Assembly (NCBI RefSeq): GCF_947507565.1
Contig: NC_089177.1
Coordinates: 554,648 to 618,647, forward strand
Source: Oscarella lobularis
Lineage: Eukaryota
Reading direction: 5' to 3'
DNA length: 64,000 nucleotides
How positions within the stretch are numbered: the stretch's first letter is position 1; each line of letters begins with the position of its first letter. Positions 10,613 to 29,089 of the stretch are shown here, piece by piece. The notes below the pieces were generated by a model. The model had not been told where the DNA came from, ran no database searches, and saw only the letters and a list, made by a program, of their open reading frames with translations. A program made the position numbers and the translations under genes.

Positions 10613-13600
10613 ATCCACTTGGAAAAAAGAAGAATTCAAGTAAAATTACGTGCTGTAGAAGAAGTTGCAAAACCGCTGGGCCAAGCTGAGAATTCACTTT
10701 GGCTACGCTGTCAATGCCCTTTAGAATCAAAAGTCACAGACACTAGCAATCGGAATTGCGATCAAACATACCGCATAAAATACTTTTCTGACGTCACTTT
10801 GATGAGTGAAGCATCGCCTCAAAATGCCTAGTACTTCTAAGCAAAGCGTCTCGTTTCCAGCGCTGTTGCTAGTCTGATGTACATCAGCAGCCACCTTTAG
10901 TGAGAAAGATCGCGCAAAGTCAACTCTGGGGTTTTCTGCAGTACCTGGCTCAAAGAGAGCGAAGCGGAATACTGTGACAATTGACTACTGGGAGGAGCCG
11001 AGCCAATCAGCTACATACAGCACAAGAAATAGATCATAGTACACGTAAATAAACAGCAGCTGCGTGTACCTTGAATTTTTCTAGTATGATCAGATACCCC
11101 ATAACGGCTATCTTCCTTGCATCGCTTTGCCTTCATATTTCAGTAACGGTCAATATTCTATTGCGGTCATTTAGTATCTTACCTGGCAAAAAGAGATTTT
11201 CTAAGCACAAGCATAAGGGAATCTCTTAAGTTTGTACTGAACTTCAGGAGTGGCTTAGAGGAAACAATCATTACGTACTACCGTTGATTTTTTTGTTCCT
11301 CTAGCATTACTTCGATTGCTTTTAAAAAGGCTCTGGCTGTGTGAACCGGGAGAAGTGCCAAATGATCAAACGTTTCCCTAATCTAAAAGACGACTTCCCC
11401 CATCATCATCCACGTCAAAGAGATGCGTCGTTTCACCTTTGATATCGAGCCTAGCAGAAACTGGGGAGCAGACTCGACCAACGAGGCAAGCAAGTCTACA
11501 GTATTACAAACAAAAATGAGATCAAAGCCTTTTCTTCAGAAGTACAAAAGAACGAGAAATTTATTACTATCGTACCCAAAAACGGTTTGACTGAATGGGC
11601 GGCTCCAGAAATGATTCGATTCATAGCCAATTCAAGAATATCGCCGCGTACGATATCCTGTGTCTAAAAAAAGAGACGTTGCACAGAAATCTATCTCACA
11701 AGGCCATCAAAACTTCACTTTAAACGTCTCTAGAAGCAATTTCGAACCAAGAGAGCACGCTCGCTCTGAAGCAGAGGAGCGAAGGGAGGAGATTGCTCGC
11801 TCTAGAAAGATCGTCGTTTTGAAGATAAAGTGTTCCCTTGAAGGGGAATTATACTTTTACCTGCAGTCGGTTTTGCATTGAAACTGTCCATGAGAAGAAA
11901 GCCAAATTGAATCAGACCCTGACTGACATAGTCCCAGCCAAAGCGACTGCTCACCCAAAAAAATTCAAAAGAAAACTAAAAATGACACGGACCTAACCTA
12001 TTTTGAACCGCTTCCAAAAGCAATGCCTCGATGTCCTTCGGAGGAAAGAAATTCTCTACCAAAGTTACTTAGCCAGAGATCGATTCATACGCCGATCTTC
12101 GTACCTTGTATCCACTTCGATGTCCTATACTTATCCTTGTCTTTGAAGCATGTCGTGACGGCAGCCTTGAGACAATCAAATATCTGCACGTAAGAGAAAC
12201 GCTATGGGAAGTTTCTTTCCAATTATAATTGGTGACGTGTACAGGTTCTTCGAAGTGTTGGATTTTGGCAATGGCGAGAGCGAGCGTGAAAGTGAACGGT
12301 GCCAAAGCAGCATCGCACGACTGCTGCTGACAAGTCTAGAAATTAACGTCGAAAAAATCTCCCACGGGTCGACGACCCCGTTTGATTTTTAAACCTTGAG
12401 ATACTTGATGAACTCTCTACCTCTGTCCTATATAAGGACTAGCGTTATCATTTGCAACGTCTGTTGCTTCCACAATCACTTGCCTGGTCTTGTTTAATCG
12501 CGAATACGACGTGGAGAATGCAATTGCCTTCGGCGTGACGCAGTTGATCCACTGACAAAGCTGATACATCCACACTGTGAGATCAAAGTCAAGTTTCCCT
12601 GCAAAGTAGACGCATTTCTTCATGTGACTTACTCTGACGCCATTTCACTTCTGGCCTGTGAATCCATTGCCACAAAAAAGGCGGAAATTCCTTCAAAGAC
12701 AAGTATCTTGTGTCCCTAATGAATCACTCATGTCGTTGGAGTCTCTGCTAATTATAATTAATCTATTGGTCGTCCTACTTTCGACGAGAGAAGCAGAAGT
12801 TGATAGACCAGTGGCGAGACTTCATTAATGTCGACCTCCTTCAGCATTTGCAACGCTTTTACGATGATAGCCTTCAGCTCGTCTGTCGATAAAGACACGT
12901 CCCTGATAGCACCAAAACGTCACAATATATAAGGTATGTCTTCAAACCCAACCCTACCTGAACATGGTAGCTAAATGAATTCCCGCTGTAGAACTCCAGT
13001 CGAGATTACAGACAATATCCAATAGGCGGCACTTGTATTCTTGCCCACTACACTCAAGACAATCATCTAAATGGCAGATCTAATATACTACCCTATGGGG
13101 ATAATAGTAATTATTCTTGCCCTGAACTGTGGGCACTTGACTAAGGTTGTTCAGAATTTTGGCGAACAGTTCAAGACTCCTAAGCAGATAATTCTTCCCT
13201 AAGCCCACTGTGTATCTAGTTTTCTCACCTTTTACACTTGCCTGTCTTGATACCCTCAGTAAAGAAACGGGCCAGTTTGACTAACGAAGACGACGGCAAC
13301 GAGTCCACCTAATCTCACAACATATATAAGTACGTATATATAACTACCTACCTAGTCTACCTCTTCAGTTAGAATTGCAGCGAGATTCGAAGCGATCTGA
13401 AGGGACAACGTTTTGAATTTTCTTACTAACGCGGTTTTTTCTTGCCTTTGGATGAATTTCTTCGGTGTCTAAAAGCTCCGAGACGTAGCGGAATACCGCA
13501 ATGCATCGGATCAAACTGTCGGGAAGATCGCGAGGCGAACCTAGATTTTTTCGTCAATAAAATGCCGAAATCTGGTCCTCGACGAGACGAGCCTTCAAAT

Positions 13601-13900
13601 ATGGCCCGTAAAAAAGCCGCGGGATCTCCCGAATCGTGTAGAACTCGTCGGCGAAGACGCTTTTCGATCTGGAGCGACGAGGAGAATGAGAATAGCGACA
13701 AAATCGGCGTTTTCGAGCTCCTACGTCGTCGATAGAAACTCGACTCGTCGCTTGACGTAATTCGGCTGTCTTTTTGCTTTCGTACAGGCGTACAAGGGAG
13801 ACGTCCATGGTTGGAAAAACCCGTGGCGCGCGCGGAAAAGGCCCCGGATAACAGGTACCATATAAAGTAAGAAAAAATAACATTGTGATTGCACTAATCT

Positions 13901-15016
13901 TTAGACCGGTTCAATGTACGTAGAAGGAGCCCAGCCTTCTTTGTTGCCAATTTTTACGTACCACCAACCAGACTCACTCTTCTCCTCCACAGTGACAAAC
14001 TGCCCGCCTTCAAAACTGAATCCATCGTCCGAGTAAGCAGCGACAGTTCGATATCCAGAGCCGGTAGAAGGAGCACCGTTACTCACAGGCACACGGACAG
14101 ACCGTTCGGGCTTCGCACTATCAGCCTTCTTACTTGATTCAAGATACGTCGAAGGGGCCCAACCCTCTTTTGTGCCAATTTTTATGAACCACCAACCGCT
14201 ATCGTTCTTTTCAACAACCTCGACCGATTGACCGGCAGTGAAACCGATTTCTCCATCAGCGGCGACTGCGTAGTCGCCCGTCGTCACATACCCGCCGCCG
14301 GCTTCCTTGGAAACGGGCGGCTTCGATCGCTTGACGGGACTAGGCAAGATTTTCGTCTGCGCATCCTTTCGTTTCGTTGCCGGAGAATAGGAAGGACGAG
14401 CCGGTGGACTCTTTCCTCCCGACGACTTCTTTCCTTCCTTCAAATACGTTGACGGCGCCCAGCCTTCGGACGATCCAAACCGAACGTACCACCAACCATT
14501 TTCATTCTTTTCTAGAAGACTGCCTTCTTCGTTCGCCTTGAAGCTCGCCTCGCCTTTTTCACCGACGTAGTCGCCGACCGCGTAAACCGAGACCGAGACT
14601 TCGCCACTCTTACGATCAACAGCAGTCGTCGTTTTACTACGTGGAACTTGTGCCGGCAACGGTGGATTTCTTTTCGCTGGTTTCGGAGGTCCGGCCGACA
14701 AAACTGACGCTAGTTTATTCGCTATCGGTTTCGCGGTTGCCGTCGCTGGTGCCGCCGTCGCTCGTCGAGGCACTCGCGGCGACGGTTTATTAGTGCTAGT
14801 GTCTCCAGCTGTCGTCTTCTTTTCCGGTAATTTCACTGGACCACGTTTAGGTCTCGGCGGCGACTTAGCTGTCGATTTGACCGCAACGTTCTTCTCATCC
14901 TTGTCGGGAAGAGATACAGGAGTGCGCTTCGGCACTGCAGGACTAATCACGGCCTTCTCGGTTTTCGTCGGTTTAATTGCCTCTCGCTTGGGCCTCGGAG
15001 GCGAAGGAGCTCCGGT

Positions 15017-15073
<57 letters not shown>

Positions 15074-17566
15074 TTTCTCCTGCTTTGCCATCTTAGCCAT
15101 ACGCGCTGCCAAAGCGGCAGCAAGAGGATTCGAATCCGCCTCCGTCTCCGTTCCCAGAGACTTTCTCGCCGCCGGCATCGGCTTTTTCTCATCGCTCGTC
15201 TTTCGCAAATCCAATTCAGTCCCAACCGATTTTCTCGTCACAGGAAGCGGAGCGGGCTTCGATTTCTCCTTCACGTCGCCGCCGCCGCCGCCGCCGTCTT
15301 CGTCGCTGACCTCCACCTCCTCTTCTTTCGTTTCGATGTACGACGAAGGTGCCCAGCCCTCGTCCTCGCCAATACGCACATACCACCATCCGTTCGCCGC
15401 CTTCTCTTCGACGATCACCGTCTGTCCGCCAGCGAAACTAATCCCGTCTCCCATCTGCGATTCGAAGGCGGCCATCGTCACAAACGTCGTCACTTTCTTC
15501 GTTTTCTTTTTTCGCGGAGCTCGTTTGGGCGGCGGCGGCGCCGCCGGCTTCGGCTTCGCTTTCGTCTCCTCGGTCGACGTCTTTCGCGGAGTCGGCGGCG
15601 ATTGAGCCGGCTCGAAGTACGTCGACGGCACCCAGCCTTCGCCGCCGCCGCCGCGGACCAGTCGAACAAACCACCATCCCGTGTCCGCTTCTTCGATTAC
15701 TTCCACTTTGACGCCGGCGTCGAAAGACAAGCCGCCGCTCTCCGGCGATTGGAACGCCGCTGTCGAGACGAATATCTTGTCCATGGGAGTGCCGTCGCGA
15801 GCGCGTTGCACGGCCTCGGCTATGTCGTGAAGGTTCGTCTTGCCCGGAGTTTTCTTGGGACGAGATATCTTGGAAAAGGAATCAAGGCGCTCTTACAATA
15901 GTAATGTCTGTCTACCTTGATGGAACCACGACGTGGAGTCGGTACGATTCCTAAGGCAAAGTTTCTGATGATACGTTTCCTGACCAAATTGTCCTTACTT
16001 TGCTGCTGCTGTGAAGGTTTCACTGCCATCGGAAGGACGGGTTTCGGTTCTCCCACGTTTTTCTTGGGAATCAACGGTGATACTGATCCAGGCGATCCTG
16101 ACGCCTTCCGGGTTTTCTCTTTGGCTGGAGTTGAAGACAACGTCGTGGCGGAGGCGGAGGCAGCTTCCATCGCACTTCCAACAATCTCAACAGGCCCAGT
16201 CACAGCCGACGAATCGACGAGAACTCTCGGTTTGACTAAAAAGGCGGCCGGAGCCCAACCCTCCTTTTTCTGGTATCTAAAAAAGAAGAGTCACAGTTGA
16301 CTCTATCTGATACTTTGTTTTCTCTTTTCACCTGATCAGCCACCAGCCGTCCAAGTTTTTCTGCACAACTTCGACAGTCACTCCCTGCTCAAACGACATC
16401 TCGTCGTCCTTCTCAGCCGTATGTGCGCTTGTTGTAATAAATGTTTCCTCTACGAAAAAAAAGGAAACAAAATTGGGGCTTCTCCTGCAGACTAGTTTCC
16501 CCCATAAAATTACAGTACCTTCTCCAGGAGCAACTCGATCGCCTTCAGGTTCAGGAGATCCGTCGACAGGCTCCAAATACGACGCGGGGACCCAACCTTG
16601 TTCAAAATCAACATTCACAAACCACCAGCCTAAAAAACAAATTCTTACCCCCCAATTTTTTCAATATTTTTTCACTACAATACCATTTTCATTTTTTTCT
16701 ACGACGTCGGCTATGGCGCCTTCTTTCAAGTCAACCTCGTTTTTCTTCTGCTTTTTATAGTCGGCTATTGCAACGTACTGTTCCAACAGCATCGGTTCGG
16801 TGATACACTCCCCCTGAGTTTCTTCAAGCAGAAAGAATGAAAAATATGTTTACTTTAGCGTAACTCTCCCCCCCTCAGACCTTTCGACTTCTTTTTCTTC
16901 TTCTTGGTTTCCCTAAAGGCGCGTTCCAGTCAATAAGCCGGGGGGGAAGCCAATGGCGACTCACTCTTCCGTGGGCGGATTGATGTCTTCGGGCGTGACC
17001 GTGAAAAATTCGATCAGTTCTCGACATTCAGATATGTTCGGCGGCAATCGAACCAACGTCTACGAAAACCGAAATGCATAGGACAACGCAATATCGATCG
17101 CTACACGCTCACGCGACAATATTCGTCGATTCGATCGAGACGTTTCATTGCCACTTCGCGAATGTGACTCCTCCCGAAGATTTTCTTACCTAAAGCGACT
17201 CGTTTTAATAAAGGAGACTGCTTTTTTCCCACTCGTTTACCCGGTAGAAAAGGAATCATGCGCTTCGATGGATCTTTCGAGCCGCCTTCTTCGGGAAACG
17301 CCTCCAGTAGACCCACCTTAGTTCGAGTTTGACGCTAAGCGACGGTTTCTCGAGCGAATCCTTACCTGAAACTCGAAGAATTTGCTGTAGCGTCGATAGA
17401 CGACCGTCGTGCTGCCTTCGGACCACGTCAAGAAGATTTTGTAGACCTGAGAAGAGGTTGCGACGTGAGAGCTCGATGCGATTGCGCGAAGCGTTCGTAC
17501 GTAGTGCTTGCTCGGTGTGCGACGTTTCTCAACGTCGACAACTTTGATGTCTACGATCGTTTTCAT
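13901..17566 (-). CDS. SH3PXD2: Tks4/Tks5-like scaffold protein with an N-terminal PX domain and seven SH3 domains separated by Pro-rich linkers, plus a poly-Gly tract. Multi-exon.
   Basis: [23 protein letters not shown]...[13 protein letters not shown] matches the Tks5 PX domain ([15 protein letters not shown]...[12 protein letters not shown]). RMIPFLPGK...[18 protein letters not shown] is the PX C-terminus. Two SH3 domains lie in 16203..16618 ([28 protein letters not shown]). Five more lie in the 636-aa terminal exon, each ending G-W-x-P-S-x-Y-(L/I/F)-[18 protein letters not shown] matches Tks5 AGPVEIIGNIMEIS. Confidence 0.85.
15017..15074. repeat. (GCC)n / (GGC)n trinucleotide microsatellite of about 19 units, inside the Tks-like coding exon, where it encodes a run of about 21 glycines.
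   Basis: Perfect gccgccgcc... run. The minus-strand frame reads GGC = Gly ([10 protein letters not shown]...GTGAPSPP). Confidence 0.9.
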
Positions 17567-17699
17567 CCTTTTTTCCAATTCCCCGAAGCGTACAGTGTAC
17601 AGCACGCTAAGATGGCCGTGTACCGGAAGGTCTTTTACATCCGGTCAGCCAGCAAAATCACGAACCTTACAAAAAATCAATTCAAAGATCGAAAAATAT

Positions 17700-19988
17700 T
17701 CATTTTCCTGGTAGGCCGTTGTTAGGAAGGTGCGTCAGAAACCAGTCGACGTTTGCTTGCCACATGTCTGCAAGTTCATTGGGGTCGCTGGGAATGTGTC
17801 CACTCTTCGGATAAACGACAAAAGAGACAGCTCTATTCGGACCGCTCCACTGTCTCTTTAGAGCGTAGTGAAGTTGATAGGCTTGAGATAGGGGAACCCG
17901 TGGATCATCGGCTCCGTGATTGATCAATGTATGAGCTAAAAGCCAATAAATTAGGTACATAGCTGTAGTAGCAGCTCACTCACCAGTTGCATTCGTAACA
18001 TGATATATTGGACTCCGTTCCTCGTAAAACTGCTTCAACTCATCGCTCTCCCAATAGTACCCCCCGAAAGTATCTCTGAGAAGTCGGCTGATGTCAGCCG
18101 TGCCCGTGTGACTAATCAAGTCGACGATTCCGCCACCTATCGAAACGGCGACCAATTTCATTCCGTCAGGTAAGGGTCTCGTCAAAGCGACCGCCGTCAA
18201 ATAGCCGCCATAACTCCACCCAAGCATTCCAACTCGATCTTTCGGCAAGTCATACTTGTCCGTAACATATTGAATTCCCGCGACGAGATCCTCATAATCG
18301 CCGCCGCCCCAATCCTTGTAATTCGCCATACGATATTCAACTCCGTACCCAGACGACCCTCGAATATTTGGCAAGAGCACGTAATAGCCCATTTCAGCGA
18401 ACGTCGCAACAGGATAGCGAGCTCCGACGCCACCATATCCAATAAACGTCGACGTGTGAGCCATATTGGGACCGGGGTGAACGTAAACGATCAAGCTCTT
18501 CTGCTCGAATGTCTTTGTCGGAAAAACGAGGAGAGCCTCGACGGGCGTAACGCCGTCCGTCGACTGGTACGTAATTATCGCGGATCGAGCAAACTTATAT
18601 TGGGTAAAATTCGCGTTCACGTTCGTCAGAGGTTCCGCTTCGATAGCCAGGGATCCTAGCGTTTCGTCTGCAATCGAGGCATACCCATAATATCCCTCCT
18701 GGCCGACGTAGATGTTCTCGTACGTGAATCCGACTCCTGTCTGCGGAAATTCGACGCCGCCGCGTACGTACTGAAGAGAGACGCTGGAAAAAACTCCAGC
18801 GCCGCTCTGAATTATCCCACTGCGTGTTCGAACCTGAACGAGTTTATACGGAAGCAATTTTCCGTCACTTTCCACTTGGATCGAGTAGAGGTTTACAGCG
18901 AATTTTTCCTGCTCGGTGTAGATGATGAATTTGCTGTCTGCTGTCCATCCTATGAGCTGTGGCTCTAGATCGTAAGTGCCCGTTTCGTCGCACATGATCT
19001 CCGCTCCTGTCGCGTCGGCGGCAGTGACGCACACGCGCCACGCCTGCGACCAGACCATGTATCGTTTGTCGATCTGCACGAAAGCCAGGAGACGACCGTC
19101 TGGAGAGTAGTGAGGTTGAAACGCGGAAGCGTCTTCGCCAATCACCGGAACAACAAGCGGTGACGATTTCTTATAAATTGACGACACGTTCAGCAGAGAA
19201 ATTCCCAAAGACATCCAGTCATTAGCATAGGTCGTATTTGTAGTCGTAAATGCGAGAAATTCTCCGTTTGGAAGCCAGACGAACTGGGATCCGTGCGGCC
19301 AGCAGGATATTAGCCAAGGAGGAAACCCCACGCTCATCTCCATAGACAAGCACTCGACGTTGATCGGATACGTAGTCGAATTGGCGAGGCACAGGACGTG
19401 CCCTAACGTCTTCGGTACGCCATTTATGACGTCAATGATGACGTCGTCGTTCACTTCCCGACGATGTGACGTAGGATTGTAGACGTGGTCGACGCTAAAG
19501 GCAAACATATTTTCACTTCCGGACCACGTGTAGTAAAGAATTGGTTTCGGAGTCGAATCGGGAAATTTCAACTCAAGCATCTCGGGCGCGGCGAATGTTT
19601 CGCCAGAAAGCTGCGCTGTCCACAACGCGCCTTGCGAGAGAAAGACGATTTTTTCGACGTTCTTGCTTGGAATCCACGCGGGAAGGGTGCAGCCGTTCTC
19701 CGTGCAGAATTTCGTTACGTTCGACGCGATGTTGTCGCCCGGTTCGAAAGAGAGCGTTCTTCGATCTGATGCAGCGTCTTTTCGCGGTGGAAGATGCTGT
19801 ATTTCCAAGCGAGTTTCGTACGAAGCGCTGTCGTTTACGAAAACGAGATCGGTGACGGTATAGAGGCAAAGAGAGCCGCCGGCGTTCAGCTGCACGTCGG
19901 CGACAGTACGAACGTTGAGTTGGGACAGCGTCGTCCACGCTCCTACCAACAGAGACTCCGAGATAAGCAAGAGAACGAGTGCAAGCAT
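17700..19988 (-). CDS. Secreted prolyl-oligopeptidase-family (S9) serine peptidase. It resembles dipeptidyl-peptidase/acylaminoacyl-peptidase: an N-terminal signal peptide, a beta-propeller region and a C-terminal alpha/beta-hydrolase domain. Two exons.
   Basis: MLALVLLLISESLLVGAWT is a signal peptide. GWSYGGYLTAVAL is the GxSxG nucleophile elbow. The terminal exon HGADDPRVPLSQAYQLHYALK...PKSGHIP carries the catalytic Asp and His. One 48-bp intron (17936..17983, GTGAGT...TTTTAG) was verified by reading-frame continuity. Confidence 0.85.
17936..17983 (-). other. Spliceosomal intron (48 bp, GTGAGT...TTTTAG) of the S9 peptidase gene. It is representative of intron size in this window.
   Basis: Joining ...VTNATG to (A)HTLINHGADDPRV restores the S9 C-terminal HGxxD motif in frame. 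Confidence 0.7.
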
Positions 19989-20172
19989 CGCGGTAATTTT
20001 AACGGCCGGGAGTCTATGTCCACGCCCCCTATACTGGTTGCTCGGTTACGCGCGTACTGCAGGTCCACTTGTGATCAACTTGTTTTCAACTTAGATACTT
20101 CTCATTAGCACCAGAAACGGACAGCATGGATCCAACGCAATAAACTTTTAGAGTAGTTACGCCATCAAAGTT

Positions 20173-26095
<5,923 letters not shown>

Positions 26096-26485
26096 GATAT
26101 GCATGAGGTCGGTGGAAACGAAGGACGGAGGTTAGACGAGGAGAATCGCTGAAGGCGCGTGAAATGACGACTTCCCGTATTAACGCCCGCGCGCCTCCTC
26201 CGGACGATCCCGTCATTTTGCGTCACGCTTCCGATGATCTAACCATAGATCTATGATCTAACAAAATTCAAGATCACTCGTGATGATTGCGCAATTTCCC
26301 CAATGCTATAAAGTCACTGCCTAAAACATACTTTCTTCAGTTAGCGCACACGTACATTACACGCGTTTGCCGCGTGTAACCAGGGAAATTTCGTGACGTA
26401 GCTGTACGTAGGGCGCTTGCGTGAACGCCTCTCAAAAGTACGCATCAGTGTACTGTACTCATAAAACAGTCGAAAGTCACGGCCA

Positions 26486-28726
26486 ATGTCTTCGATCGAA
26501 CTCATATCTGCAGACGGCGACGGCGGTGGGGGAATCTCAAACAGCAGCGATGAGTCGCCTGATTCGATCAAGGCTCGCGACGCGACGAAACGGCTCGCGC
26601 TCCTTTTTCACGAAAAGCAAACGGAATTGGCGCGAGCGGCTGAAAAAATCAAGCATCTCGAAGCGGCACTAGAAGCTTCGGAGGATCGAATAGCGGCGGC
26701 GACGTCGTCGCAAAGCGGCCCACGAGGAGGCCCCGCCTCTCTCGCCTCGCGCAAAGTCATCGAAGAGCTATCAAAAGAAAATGCTCGCCTACAAGCGACG
26801 CTTCGCAACAGCAAAGCAAACGCGGTAAACGTCTTCCTGCATTCGATCATGGCTAGAAACGGACGTGATCTCGAATAATGAAACCCCCCACAACTTTCCC
26901 CGGGGATTTCCCCTCCCGCGCGCGTGGGTTTTTTTCCTGTCTAACCGGTTCGGTTTGTTTTATTTAGGCAGGTGAGGATTGGATTCTCGTCACCGGCGAG
27001 CTGCGTAGGGAGAACGCAAACTTACGCAGCAAATTGAAAACGACGCAAACCGCTCTCGATTCGATCAATCCCGATCCGAACGACGAAAAGCAATCGGCCG
27101 GCGAAATTCTTCGTCTCTCGTCGAAACTCGTCGAAATGGAAGATCAGCTCAAGGTGAAAAACGCGCTCATCGAAGGCCTCTCGACGCACCTCGCCGAAAC
27201 TCAGAAGCGCGTCGAGAAACTCGACTTCGAACTTCGCGATGCGCGCGCCGCCGCCGTTGTCCAGAGCGACGCTAATGAGACGACGCAACTAAAAGCGGAA
27301 ATCGAAACGACGAATAAAAAACTTCGAAAGGCGGAAGACGACGTCGCTCACTTGCAAAAAGCCTTGGAGCAAACTCAATTGGAGAAGACTCAGGTGAAAT
27401 ACTCGTCATTTATTGCTTTTTTTTTTCTTATTTCTCACCTGTTGATTTCTTTTTCTTCTTCTCAGGCTATTGAGGTGACGCACTCTTGGGACGCCTATTG
27501 CAAAGAGCAGGATAAAATAATACGCAATTTAGAAAAGGAGTGTGCGAAACTCAAGGGTCAAGTAGACCAACTCCAAGTGGGCAAAGAGTCGCGCAAACGC
27601 GACGTCGAACGCATACTCCTCTCGGCGAAACAGCTCGTCGACAAGGAGCGAAAGGATCGCGTACGAGCTCAGGCAGCGACCAAGCGTGCTCAAGAACAAT
27701 TTGAATTGCTCGAAGGGAAATATCGATTGCTTGAGCACAATTTCAAAATTGAGTCCGATCGACGAACGACGTTGGAGGAGGAGTTGGGCCAGCGTCGCGA
27801 CGATCGCGAGAGATTCGGCGTCCTAGAGCAACAAGTGAGTGTAAAGATCTTTCGCATCATATGCATATTTATAGATTTCCTTTTTTTAGGTCGTCGTATA
27901 TAAGGAGGACTTTGAAACCGAGCGTCGCGATCGCGAACGAATTCAAGCGGAGTGCGAGGAATTGAATGAACAGTTGAAAGAGTGTCGAAAGAGGATACGA
28001 ACTTTGGAAGACGAGCGACGTCAGTTGACTGCAGCCGCGCCGCCACTCGCGCCGTCAGCTATGGCAGAGTCGAGACGAAGCTCAGCCGGCGGCGGCGCAA
28101 CCGCCATGGCTAATTATCCGGTGAGTAGCTAAGGTCACCTCAATATTTCGTAGTTGACGTTTATTCTCTAGTTATCGAGTTTCGAGCATAAGATGGTTCT
28201 TCAGCATCAACAGCGGATCGAGAATCAGATCAAGAAAGATAGGGCATCGTCACAACGGCGAATGTCGCCTCATAGGCCACCACCTGACGTCGAATCTGTG
28301 AGTTAATTGTGTTCTCCTACGTGTCACGTTAGCAATATTTATTACTAGGATTTGGTGCCGCGCTCTCTCACCCAGCATCTTGGCCCAAGCGGCGACGTCC
28401 AGATGGACTCCAGCTTCACTACTCTCACTACTCATTCGCAGCCGATTACTCAACCGACTGCTGATTCCGATGAGGAGCAGATGTCCATGTTCGGTGGGAG
28501 TCGATCGGTGATTGTGCCTAGGGATCCGTTTGAGGGACCGTCGGTGCCCTTGCGGATGGGATCGCTCAGTGCTCCGCCCGTGGAATCTTTGAAGAATAGT
28601 CAGGCTCCGCAGAGGAAGGGACGGGGTAACGAGCTCGTGTGTCCGCGCTGTTCGGCGGCGTTTGCTGCCAGAGATGGAGCCGCGTACATTGAGCACGTTG
28701 ACAAGTGTTGCTCCCTTAGTGACTAA
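26486..28726 (+). CDS. NEMO/optineurin-like coiled-coil adaptor with a UBAN ubiquitin-binding motif and a C-terminal CCHC zinc finger. About 6 exons.
   Basis: YKEDFETERRDRERIQAECEELNEQLKECRKR resembles the NEMO/optineurin UBAN core ([33 protein letters not shown]). The terminal CPRCSAAFAARDGAAYIEHVDKCC resembles the NEMO ZnF [21 protein letters not shown]. Long heptad coiled coils lie in 27034..27840. Confidence 0.7.
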
Positions 28727-29089
28727 TTGCTTTACTGATAATTTTTTTGAGTTTATTGCTTGACTGTAGTTAGCGCGTTTGGGGTTGAATCCTTGGGTTC
28801 ATGACTATTTTTAGCATTAGAGTCTGGCGTTGCTTGCCTGATGTGAACTTCTGCTGTGCATCCATTTACCTTGTATGTTTGAATAGAAGCGCCCTTGAAG
28901 CCGTACTTTGCATGAAAAATGCCTTCAAAATACAACAAATAGAAGCCGCAGCCGGGTGCAGCTTCTCAATTAACGTCGGAGGAGAAGGATATGCGTATCC
29001 ATAAACTCTACGTAGACGACGTCGTATGTACTACTTACCACCAAAAGAAGAAAAGAAATAGTAGAAATCCTAGTTTACGAGAAGCGCGG

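Noticed and set aside
11166-11185. ATCTTACCTGGCAAAAAG, resembling the U1 snRNA 5' end (ATACTTACCTGGCAGG)
   Set aside because: The similarity stops after 11 nt. No Sm site or U1 stem-loops follow, so this is probably chance.
9101-13400. Several 60-100-aa minus-strand ORFs (9101..9322, 9571..9861, 12069..12305, 12417..12623, 12700..12900 encoding DVSLSTDELKAIIVKALQMLKEVDINEV)
   Set aside because: They are probably exons of 2-4 real multi-exon genes. I could not assemble them or assign families with any confidence, so they are not listed as features.
15115-15130. GGATTCGAATCC, which resembles a tRNA T-loop/T-stem
   Set aside because: It lies inside the Tks-like coding exon in frame. It is a perfect palindrome by itself, and no D-loop or anticodon arm can be built around it.
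14793-15605. 270-aa plus-strand proline-rich ORF and the 14947..15225 ORF with poly-Ala
   Set aside because: They are the antisense and alternative frames of the Tks-like coding exon, created by the GCC repeat and GC-rich Pro/Gly-coding sequence. The sense frame is the 636-aa minus-strand ORF with SH3 domains.
19485-20108. Several 90-120-aa plus-strand ORFs and a nested minus-strand ORF
   Set aside because: All overlap the 670-aa S9 peptidase coding exon in other frames. They have no domain signal, and the peptidase frame is clearly the real one.
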